A stretch of DNA of 64,000 bases. Source: an uncultured Chloroflexia bacterium (lineage in GTDB: Bacteria > Chloroflexota > Limnocylindria > QHBO01). Position numbers and translations under genes: made by a program. The notes beneath the pieces are model-generated. The model was not told where the DNA came from. It was given only the letters and a program-made list of their open reading frames with translations, and made no database searches. Each line of letters starts with the position of its first letter. The stretch's first letter is position 1. Of this stretch, positions 8,399-15,937 are shown piece after piece. The stretch spans positions 527,752-591,751 of the forward strand of contig CAWEQC010000004.1 of the NCBI GenBank assembly GCA_963811145.1, read 5' to 3'.

Positions 8399-9940
8399 AT
8401 GAACAGCGGCTGGCGGCGGACAGTAGCCCGGGTCGTGGCCGTGCTCGTGGGGCTTGGGCTGACGACGGCGATCATCTCCGCGCTCGAGGCGGGCCTCAGG
8501 CTCGACAACGCTTCGTCCCTCTACCTGGTCGTGGTGGTCAGCGTTGCCAGCCGATGGGGGACCTGGCCGGCGATCGCCACGGCACTGGCCGGATCGCTCG
8601 TCTACAACCTCCTGTTCGTGGAGCCGCGCTTCACGCTTGCGGTCGATCGTTCCGAGGAGCTGCTGACCCTGCTGCTGCTCCTCTTCGTGGGCGTCGTGAT
8701 CGGACGGCTGGCGGGGGACCAGCGGTCGCGTGAACGGCTCGCCCGGCGAGGGGAACGCGAAGCTCGGGCGCAGTTCGCTATCACCCGCGAGCTGACCTCT
8801 GCGCACCGTCTCCCACAGGCGATGCAGGCGGTCGTCGAACGGATCGGCATCGAGGCCGGGATGAAGCGCACCTGGATCGGGCTTGGCGCGACGATCCCGC
8901 AGGAGCGCGTGGCGGCGGACACGTCTCCGGGCGACCCGCTGCCGCCGATCGGCACGCACTCGGTGCTGACGAGGGACAGCGAGGAGGACGCCGCGACGTG
9001 GATCCGCATCCGCCCGCCGTCGCGGGCTCCGAGTGCCGCGCATGGGCTCCATCGGATCGAGCTGCGGGCCGGCGGCGATACCTACGGGTCACTCTGGGCG
9101 CAGCGTACCGACGGCGGCGGTGTCCCCGAGCTGGAGGAGACGCGACTCATGGCGGCGGCCGCGGATCAACTGGCGCAGGCGGTGCGGCGAGACCGCATCG
9201 CTGCCCGCGCGGCGGAGATGGAGATCGAGCGGCGCAGCGACCAGTTCCGCAGTGCGCTCCTCGATTCGGTGTCGCACGACCTCCGCACCCCGCTCGCGAG
9301 CATCCGGGCGGCCGCCGGCGGCCTGGCCGATCCGGCCGTCGAGGCGGACATCGAACAGGTGAGGTCCACCGCCCAGTCGATCGACGAAGAGGCCCAGCGC
9401 CTCAACCGGCTGGTCGGGGCGCTGCTCGACATGAGCCGCATCCAGGCCGGCGCGCTGACCGCGGAGATCGACGTCATCCCGCTCAGCGAGCTGATCGAGC
9501 CGGCGGTCGCGCGCATGCGCCCGCTGCTGGACGGCCATCCGTTGAGCGTCGACCTGCCCGTCGACCTGCCCAGCGTCCGCGTCGATGACGTGCTGATGAT
9601 CCAGGCGCTGACGAACCTGCTCGAGAACGCCGCCCGCCACACGGCCGCCGGTGCGCCGATCTCCGTTCGCGCCTCGGCCGGACCGGACGGTTCGCGCGTG
9701 GAGCTCGTGATCGAGGACGGCGGTCCCGGCGTCCCGAGCGAGGCGATGCCGCATCTGTTCGAGCGGTTCTACCGCGGCCCGCTGACGGCGGACGGTGGCC
9801 GGCGTCGCGGCATCGGCCTTGGGCTGGCGGTGGTGCACGGTCTCGTCGACGCGATGGGGGGAACGGTGAGCGCCGGCAGGAGTCCGCTCGGCGGCCTGGC
9901 CATCACGCTGATGCTGCCCACGGAGGGCGCATCGTCGTGA
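8399..9940 (+). CDS. kdpD: KdpD-family sensor histidine kinase lacking the N-terminal KdpD/Usp module
   Basis: Start moved to ATG 8399. The protein has a DUF4118-like TM block (LYLVVVVSVASRWGTWPAIATALAGSLVYNLLFVEPRFTL) and an H-box SVSHDLRTPL. N/G boxes are LLENAARHT and DGGPGVP...GIGLGLAVV. At 513 aa it is much shorter than the roughly 850-900 aa of canonical KdpD. Confidence 0.85.
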   Translation: MNSGWRRTVARVVAVLVGLGLTTAIISALEAGLRLDNASSLYLVVVVSVASRWGTWPAIATALAGSLVYNLLFVEPRFTLAVDRSEELLTLLLLLFVGVVIGRLAGDQRSRERLARRGEREARAQFAITRELTSAHRLPQAMQAVVERIGIEAGMKRTWIGLGATIPQERVAADTSPGDPLPPIGTHSVLTRDSEEDAATWIRIRPPSRAPSAAHGLHRIELRAGGDTYGSLWAQRTDGGGVPELEETRLMAAAADQLAQAVRRDRIAARAAEMEIERRSDQFRSALLDSVSHDLRTPLASIRAAAGGLADPAVEADIEQVRSTAQSIDEEAQRLNRLVGALLDMSRIQAGALTAEIDVIPLSELIEPAVARMRPLLDGHPLSVDLPVDLPSVRVDDVLMIQALTNLLENAARHTAAGAPISVRASAGPDGSRVELVIEDGGPGVPSEAMPHLFERFYRGPLTADGGRRRGIGLGLAVVHGLVDAMGGTVSAGRSPLGGLAITLMLPTEGASS

Positions 9941-10677
9941 CCAGTCACCCTGTCGGGGCGAGGCTGCTCTTGGTGGAGGATGACGAGCCGACCCGGCACG
10001 CCGTCGCCGCCAACCTGGCCGCCCACGGCTACGAGGTCCGACAGGCGGCCGATGGAGAGGAGGCACTCCGGCTGTGGGAGGAGGGTCGCCCCGACCTCGT
10101 CCTGCTCGATCTCGGGCTGCCGGGGATCGACGGCCTGGCCGTCGTGCGTCGCGTGAGGCGGGAAGCCACCACTCCCATCATCATCCTGTCCGCCCTCGAC
10201 CAGGAGCGCGACAAGGTGGCGGCCCTCGATGCCGGTGCCGACGACTACCTGACCAAGCCCTTCGGGATGGATGAGCTGCAGGCACGCGTTCGGGCGGCGA
10301 TGCGCCGCGCCCTCGGACCCGCGGCCGATGCGGCCGGCCAGGTTCGCATCGGCCCACTCGAGCTGGATCCCGTCCGGCGCAGGGTCACGATCGGCGGTGA
10401 GGAGCTGCACCTGACGCCGCGCGAGTACGAGCTGCTCAAGGCGCTCGTGGCCAACGCCGGCCGCGTCGTGAGCCGCGGACGGCTCCTGCGCGCCGTGTGG
10501 GGCCTCGAATACGCGAACGAGGGCCACTACCTCCACGTCCACGTGGCCGGCATCCGTCGCCGGATCGCGAGTGCGGACCCCACCGGCTACCTGGCTCACC
10601 TCATCGTCGCCGAGCCGGGCGTCGGCTACAGGGTCCGCGACGCGGAGGAGCTCGCGGCGGAAAACGAGGGATCTTGA
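9937..10677 (+). CDS. kdpE: OmpR-family response regulator, KdpE-like
   Basis: GTGA overlap with the kinase. Receiver motifs LLVEDDE, LVLLDLGLPG and LTKPF, a winged helix, and the KdpE-typical HYLHVHVAGIRRRI...GVGYRV. Confidence 0.88.
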   Translation: MTSHPVGARLLLVEDDEPTRHAVAANLAAHGYEVRQAADGEEALRLWEEGRPDLVLLDLGLPGIDGLAVVRRVRREATTPIIILSALDQERDKVAALDAGADDYLTKPFGMDELQARVRAAMRRALGPAADAAGQVRIGPLELDPVRRRVTIGGEELHLTPREYELLKALVANAGRVVSRGRLLRAVWGLEYANEGHYLHVHVAGIRRRIASADPTGYLAHLIVAEPGVGYRVRDAEELAAENEGS

Positions 10678-10692
10678 GCGCTTCTTGAGCGC
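10672..10692 (+). promoter_or_regulatory. tandem direct repeat TCTTGAGCGC-T-TCTTGAGCGC (11-bp period), candidate response-regulator site
   Basis: Two perfect 10-mers at 10672-10681 and 10683-10692 span the kdpE stop codon, 54 nt upstream of the next ORF. The function is inferred only. Confidence 0.35.
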
Positions 10693-10745
10693 CTAGGCCC
10701 GGCCAGCGGCCGTTTCCTCTTGGAGCTCGGTGGGACGCTCGAGGC

Positions 10746-10991
10746 ATGACCCGCGTGGATGGCGGCGAGACGCCTCATATCGACAGCTCGCTCGATCCGA
10801 TTCGAGCGGCGATCGAGATGGTCGCCGATGGATCGGCGATCCGGGTGACGGTGTCCACGCGTGCTCCCGCCCAGCTGCTGCCCGCCGCACGCGCCCTGGC
10901 GCGGGCTGCCGGCGTCGCGGTCGAGTCTCCCGAGGAGACGGACGGCGGCTCCGACCTCGTGGTGGAATCCGCACCGTCACGCATCGCCTGA
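10746..10991 (+). CDS. hypothetical small protein (81 aa), translationally coupled to the second kimA
   Basis: A/V/D/E-rich with high GC3, whereas the overlapping 10730 frame is R/G-rich junk. The TGA at 10989-10991 is followed 2 nt later by GTG 10994 of kimA-2. Confidence 0.5.
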   Translation: MTRVDGGETPHIDSSLDPIRAAIEMVADGSAIRVTVSTRAPAQLLPAARALARAAGVAVESPEETDGGSDLVVESAPSRIA

Positions 10992-10993
10992 GC

Positions 10994-13015
10994 GTGGCCG
11001 ATCGGCGGATCGATCCGCATCTCGAAGTCCGCGAGGCCAGGCGCGGCAAACGCCCCGGCGACGCCTACATCAAGATCGTCCGCCCGTACGAGGAGATCTT
11101 CGAGCGCGGGGACGACGGCGAGCTGATCGCGACCGAGCGAACCGTGCTCGATCGCCCCGGCTGGACGCGCGCGTTGCGCAAGCTGCGGACGGTCCTCATC
11201 GGCCGGCCGATCCACAGCGAGCGGGAGGAGCACGAGCGCCTGTCGAAGACGAAGGCGCTCGCCATCTTCAGCAGCGACAACATCAGCTCATCGGCGTACG
11301 CCACCGAGGAGATGATGCGGATCCTGGTCATGGCCGGGATCGGCGCCATCTCGTTCACCATGCCGTTGACGATCACCATCTGCGTCGTGCTGGCCATCGT
11401 GGCCACCAGCTACTGGCAGACGATCCGCGCCTATCCGAACGGAGCCAGCAGCTACCTCGTCAGCAGTGACAACCTTGGCAGCACGGCGGGCCTGGTGGCG
11501 GGGGCCTCGCTCCTCATCGACTACACGCTCACGGTGGCGGTATCGGTGTCGGCGGCCGTGGCCGCCATCACATCGGTCATCCCGGAGCTGTTCGCCGAGC
11601 GTGTCCTGCTGGCGGTGGCGATCGTCGTCGTCCTCATGCTCGGCAACCTGCGTGGCGTGCGCGAGTCCGGGACGATCTTCATGGCACCCACCTATCTCTA
11701 CATCGTCGCCATCCTCGGGATGGTCGGCATCGGCCTCGTCCGGCTGGCGACAGGAACGTTGCCCGACTACACGCCCCCCGCCGGGTGGCTGACCGCTGAC
11801 GCCGGCGGGGAGGCCCTCGGGATCCTGCTCATCCTGCGTGCGTTCAGCTCGGGAGCCGCGGCGCTGACCGGTGTCGAAGCGATCTCGGACGGCGTGCCGG
11901 CGTTCAAGCCCCCCGAGTGGCGGAACGCGCGGGTCACGCTGCTGTGGGCGGCGGGCATCTTCGCCGTCCTTTTCCTCGGCATCAGCTTCATGGCCAGCAC
12001 GATCGGCATCATCCCGGATCCGACGGAGGAGCAGACCGTCCTCTCGCAGATCGCGCGGCAGGTCGTCGGGGATGGCGCATTCTTCGTGGTGATCCAGGTC
12101 GCGACAATGCTCGTCCTGGCCCTGGCGGCCAACACCGCGTTCGCCGACTTCCCGCGCCTCAGCTCGTTCCTTGCGCGTGACAGCTTCATGCCTCGCCAGT
12201 TCGCATTCCGCGGCGAGCGGCTGGCGTTCACGACCGGGATCGTTGCGCTCTCCGGGCTGGCCGCCATGCTGCTGGTGGTCTTCGATGCCAGCGTCACGGC
12301 GCTCATCCCGCTCTACACACTGGGCGTCTTCATCGCCTTCACGCTGTCGCAGTCGAGCATGGTCGTGCGATGGTGGCGTCGACGCGAGGTCGGCTGGCGA
12401 CGCGGCCTGATCATCAACGGCATCGGCGCCATCACGACCGGGGTGATCGCCCTCATCGTCGTGGAGAGCAAGTTCCTGTCGGGTGCCTGGATGGTGGTGG
12501 TGGCCATCCCGCTGCTGGTGCTCCTCATGCGCGCAATCCGAGGCCACTACCGCTCGGTGGAGCGAGGGCTTGCGCTGGCGCGCATTCCGGCCGGCGGCCG
12601 CGAAGCTGCACGCCCCATCGTCATCGTGCCGATTGCCCGGCTCGACGAGCCGGCGCGGCAGGCGATCGCCTTCGCGAACTCGATCTCGGACGAGGCGACG
12701 GCGGTGCACGTCACGAACGATGGCGATGCCGGCGACGAGCTCCGCGGCCAGTGGCCGGAATGGTCGGGCGGAGCCGAGCTCGTGATCATCGAGTCGCCGT
12801 ATCGGGCGCTCGTCGGTCCGCTGCTCGCCTATCTCGACGTGCTCCAGCGCCAGGATCCGACGCGCCCAGTCCTCGTCGTGCTCTCGGAGTTCGTGCCTCG
12901 CCACTGGTGGGAGAACCTCCTCCACAACCAGACGGCGCTCCGTCTGAAGCTCCGGCTCTTCTCGCGGCCGAACACGATCGTGGCGGACGTTCCGTATCAC
13001 CTGCGCGGAAGGTGA
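10994..13015 (+). CDS. kimA: KimA-type K+/H+ symporter, second paralogue
   Basis: Collinear with 6307-8355 from RIDPHLEVREARRGKRPGDAY to the C-terminus. Start set at GTG 10994, where similarity to paralogue 1 begins. The ORF-track start 10730 is rejected. Confidence 0.82.
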   Translation: MADRRIDPHLEVREARRGKRPGDAYIKIVRPYEEIFERGDDGELIATERTVLDRPGWTRALRKLRTVLIGRPIHSEREEHERLSKTKALAIFSSDNISSSAYATEEMMRILVMAGIGAISFTMPLTITICVVLAIVATSYWQTIRAYPNGASSYLVSSDNLGSTAGLVAGASLLIDYTLTVAVSVSAAVAAITSVIPELFAERVLLAVAIVVVLMLGNLRGVRESGTIFMAPTYLYIVAILGMVGIGLVRLATGTLPDYTPPAGWLTADAGGEALGILLILRAFSSGAAALTGVEAISDGVPAFKPPEWRNARVTLLWAAGIFAVLFLGISFMASTIGIIPDPTEEQTVLSQIARQVVGDGAFFVVIQVATMLVLALAANTAFADFPRLSSFLARDSFMPRQFAFRGERLAFTTGIVALSGLAAMLLVVFDASVTALIPLYTLGVFIAFTLSQSSMVVRWWRRREVGWRRGLIINGIGAITTGVIALIVVESKFLSGAWMVVVAIPLLVLLMRAIRGHYRSVERGLALARIPAGGREAARPIVIVPIARLDEPARQAIAFANSISDEATAVHVTNDGDAGDELRGQWPEWSGGAELVIIESPYRALVGPLLAYLDVLQRQDPTRPVLVVLSEFVPRHWWENLLHNQTALRLKLRLFSRPNTIVADVPYHLRGR

Positions 13016-13059
13016 CGGCTCACCAAGAACGTTTTCAGGACTAGTACGTTAGTACTGGT

Positions 13060-13518
13060 ATGGGGATGTATGCGCCTGCCCGCTCCGTCGTCGAGCACCT
13101 GATCGAGCGAGCTGGCCACCTGACAATCGATGAGGCCGCCGACGTCTACCAGGCCCACGCCGCGCGCATCCTGATCCAGGGAACCGCGGCAGAACGCCAG
13201 GCGCTGCTGAAGGCCCGGCGAGCCGCCGTCAAGGCGGGGCGCTTGGCTGAGTACGAGCAGGCGCGGCACGCAGCGGCCAGCGCCTGGCGGCACGCGCTGC
13301 CTGAGACGCAGGGGCCATGGCTGGCGGTCGGCGCGGCGATTGCCAACGCTGCAGGTGTGCTCGTCGTCGAGGACATCCTCGATGACAAGCTGTTCAACCT
13401 GCTGGTCGGGCCATGGCACCAGGCGATCGGCGAGCTGATGCCGGTCGGCCCGGGGATGCTCACGCCGATGGGGCCGGGTGCGCATGCCACCGAGCGCGCG
13501 CACGGCAGGGTCCGCTAG
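13060..13518 (+). CDS. hypothetical protein (152 aa)
   Basis: Coding-like composition with no recognisable domain. An AT-rich TAGTACGTTAGTACT lies immediately upstream of the ATG. Confidence 0.5.
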   Translation: MGMYAPARSVVEHLIERAGHLTIDEAADVYQAHAARILIQGTAAERQALLKARRAAVKAGRLAEYEQARHAAASAWRHALPETQGPWLAVGAAIANAAGVLVVEDILDDKLFNLLVGPWHQAIGELMPVGPGMLTPMGPGAHATERAHGRVR

Positions 13519-13590
13519 ATCGGTCTTTTCGGCACTTCACGGAGCGGGCACGCTGCTTGCGAGGCGAGGGTCAGCCTCGCCGATTGGAGT

Positions 13591-13806
13591 GTGCCCGTGG
13601 AGAAGCGCCGGATCGCACTCCAGCTGCGCGCCATCCGAGTGATCCTCCGGGTGGAGCAGCCGCGACACAACGCGGCAACCATGCACGATGTGCGCGCGCG
13701 CGCCCGTCAGATGCTCGACGGGCTTGAGGAGGCGGTGCAGCCGTTCCCGGATCTGAAGGAGGAGCTGGCCACGCTTCGGCGTGAGGTGGAGGCAGACGGG
13801 GCCTAG
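13591..13806 (+). CDS. hypothetical small protein (71 aa)
   Basis: High GC3 and a helical, charged sequence. The stop shares a CTAG with the convergent receiver gene. Start uncertain: GTG 13591 or an internal ATG. Confidence 0.4.
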   Translation: MPVEKRRIALQLRAIRVILRVEQPRHNAATMHDVRARARQMLDGLEEAVQPFPDLKEELATLRREVEADGA

Positions 13807-14195
13807 CGCGCGGCACCCTCGGCAAGCAGTCCGTCGATCTTGCTCGTCAGGTCATCGATGCTGAACGGCTTGGTCAGCGTCGCGACGTGCCGGGTCTCAT
13901 CCAGGTCCTCCTCGAGCGTCTTGAGCGCCAGCACATCGGCGCTGCAGATGAGGATCGGGAGGCCGGCGAAGTCAGGTTCCGCGCGCACCTGCTGGGCGAT
14001 GTCCCACCCGTGCAGCCCTTCGGTTCCCATCCGGAGGTCGATCATGAGCAGGTCGGGTCGCGATGCCCGCACCTGGTCCAGCGCGTCGGGGCGGTCACCG
14101 TCGATGGTGGTCGTCTCGTAGCGATCGTCCTCGAGGATGTCCCGCACCAACGCGAGGAACTCGGCATTGTCATTGACCACCGTGACACGAGCCAT
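13803..14195 (-). CDS. stand-alone response-regulator receiver domain (CheY-like)
   Basis: Start moved to ATG 14195 behind GGAGGGA. Motifs: phospho-acceptor context DLLMIDLRMG, ILICSAD, LTKPF. No output domain. Confidence 0.85.
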   Translation of the reverse strand: MARVTVVNDNAEFLALVRDILEDDRYETTTIDGDRPDALDQVRASRPDLLMIDLRMGTEGLHGWDIAQQVRAEPDFAGLPILICSADVLALKTLEEDLDETRHVATLTKPFSIDDLTSKIDGLLAEGAAR

Positions 14196-14478
14196 TGGAA
14201 TCCCTCCGTTCGCTCGATTCTGTGCCGGCAGGGAGGATAGCACCGGCCGCAACGTTCTCAACCGATGATGTGCTGCCTAACGAGCAGGCGGCCCGGCTCG
14301 TTAGTACGTGCGTGGCCCTGGGTGGGCGCGTTGCCGGCTTCGCCGGCATGGCAGCCGCGTCCTCCCTGGGCCGTTTTTCCTTGACCGACGCACACGCGCC
14401 TCGTGTATCGTGACCGTTCAATTCGCCGTGCCCCCGCGAGAGGCGATCCCACCCCGAGATAGTGCCCGCGGAGCACGA

Positions 14479-14727
14479 GTGGATATTGACCAGCGGCAGC
14501 CCGATGACGTCATCGCCGAACGAATGTTCGGACGGGCATTGTGGCTCAAGGACAACCTTCCGATCACGCCCGACGAGTGGGGCCTCCTGTGCCTGCTCAT
14601 CTTCGGGGAGCTCCCTGAGAAACGGCCGACGCCCGGGCAGCTCGCACAGGCGCGCGCGCACCAACCATCGCTTCGGGAGCTGACCGCCGTTCCGGTTGAC
14701 GAGCCGACGGGAGTCGAGGAGAGATAG
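14479..14727 (+). CDS. hypothetical protein (start uncertain)
   Basis: GTG 14479 sits behind GGAG. ...MFGRALWLKDNLPITPDEWGLLCLLIFGELPEKRPTPGQL... No domain recognised. Confidence 0.3.
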   Translation: MDIDQRQPDDVIAERMFGRALWLKDNLPITPDEWGLLCLLIFGELPEKRPTPGQLAQARAHQPSLRELTAVPVDEPTGVEER

Positions 14728-14753
14728 CGCGGCCAGAGGCGATGTGCCCCTGG

Positions 14754-15368
14754 TCAGCTACGACACGGAACCGCGTGGGCGCGACTCTGATGCTGCGTGC
14801 GCAGCGCTGTGTCCGGGAGCAGGATCGGCGGGTTCGTGACCGTGGTGCCGGTTGAGCCGGGCGGTCCCGAGCCCGTCACCGAGGGCGGACCGGGCGGCGG
14901 GCGAATCACGAAGCATGCCGGACCGGCCTTCCGCTGGCTGGCCTGCGAGGCAGTCGGACTTCCCGTCGTCTTGACGTAGTTGCAGTACAAGCCGCCGACA
15001 GGTGCGTTCTGCGGCACGCCGAGCGTCATGCTGAGCACGAACGACTGATTGCTCGGGACGAACGAGACGATGTACTTCAGGGCAGGGACGTCGTTGATGA
15101 ACGCGCAGTCAAGGATCGTGAACTCCTTGCCGACGCTGCTTGCACTCAGCGGATAGGTGATCTCGAAGATCGCCGTACCGCCCGGATACATGGTTCCGCC
15201 GACCAGCCGCATGTCGGTATTGCCGTCGTTCGACGGCAGGACGCCCGTGCAGCCGTTCGTTCCCGGCTGCAGGACGACACTCGGCCCTTCGGCCGCGACC
15301 GGCGCGACGAGCACCGCCGCCGCCAACAGGGCGACGGTCATGGAAGTCGCCGCTCGGAGGCCCCACAT
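14754..15368 (-). CDS. secreted protein of unknown function
   Basis: Start moved to MWGLRAATSMTVALLAAAVLVAPVAAEG (signal peptide). Beta-rich body, four Cys, Pro/Gly-rich tail. Confidence 0.7.
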   Translation of the reverse strand: MWGLRAATSMTVALLAAAVLVAPVAAEGPSVVLQPGTNGCTGVLPSNDGNTDMRLVGGTMYPGGTAIFEITYPLSASSVGKEFTILDCAFINDVPALKYIVSFVPSNQSFVLSMTLGVPQNAPVGGLYCNYVKTTGSPTASQASQRKAGPACFVIRPPPGPPSVTGSGPPGSTGTTVTNPPILLPDTALRTQHQSRAHAVPCRS

Positions 15369-15588
15369 GCGAGTCACGAGGCCATCTTCTGCGGCGATGG
15401 CCGATTTCAACCCCGCCCATTTGTACCGTGGCCCCGCGTACTCTGAGGCGAGGTTCGGCGCGACATGACAACGTGGTCATGACGGCGCCGCCGGAAGGAT
15501 TCATCCTCGAGCGACGCCGGGCGGCCTCCTCCCCCAGGGACGCGCCCGGCTTTTCAGCGCCTTGCAGGGTGAAAGGGCGCTCAACCGC

Positions 15589-15792
15589 CTACGAGGCCAC
15601 GTCACGGGCGGCGACGGGCCGTCCGTCATGGGTGAGCGTGGCATCCCACTTCTCCCAGACGTGGCTTACGCCGCAGGCGAGGCAGGCATTCAAGAACTGC
15701 GGGTTATCGTCCAGCTCGTCGAGGCTGGAGATCTTCAATCCGCTGGGAACCAGATCCCCGCTCACGGGGCACATGACCAGGACGTACAGCAT
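15589..15792 (-). CDS. small Cys/His-containing protein (67 aa)
   Basis: ATG lies behind GAGGGGA. High GC3. Residues CPVSG...CLACGVSH suggest a metal-binding knuckle. Divergent from the cyclase gene. Confidence 0.55.
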   Translation of the reverse strand: MLYVLVMCPVSGDLVPSGLKISSLDELDDNPQFLNACLACGVSHVWEKWDATLTHDGRPVAARDVAS

Positions 15793-15937
15793 GGCTTCCC
15801 CTCACGCTCGACGTGAGCATGCGAGCAGGCGGCCGCTTCGGCATTACGCCATCGTCATCCCGGGACGTTTCTCTGACCCTTGGGAGTGGCGGATCGAGAC
15901 GCGAGATGAGTGCGACGGCCGCGATATCCTCACTGAG

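Noticed and set aside
6292-8508. Very long antisense ORFs opposite real genes: 6292-8508(-), 11288-13000(-), 20008-21756(-), 28547-30367(-), 38540-40495(-), 52690-55137(-), 55059-56894(-), 36889-38196(-)
   Set aside because: These are the shadow ORFs typical of very GC-rich DNA. Their products are Arg/Gly/Pro/His-rich with no motifs, and each lies opposite a gene with unambiguous family signatures.
10730-10993. ORF-track start 10730 for the second KimA, and similar long upstream extensions at 15428 (cyclase), 19930 (polA), 38258 (uvrA), 36538 (GH1), 8066 (kinase), 23953 (coaE), 57894 (gpmI), 50691 (pyrF)
   Set aside because: The upstream in-frame stretches are Arg/Pro/Gly-rich and non-homologous. 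They overlap the preceding gene or a better-supported frame. The internal starts coincide with family N-termini, Shine-Dalgarno sequences or ATGA/GTGA couplings.
14754-14800. LPDTA near the C-terminus of the secreted protein as a sortase sorting signal
   Set aside because: No hydrophobic segment and basic tail follow it in any of the three frames, so the match is most likely fortuitous.
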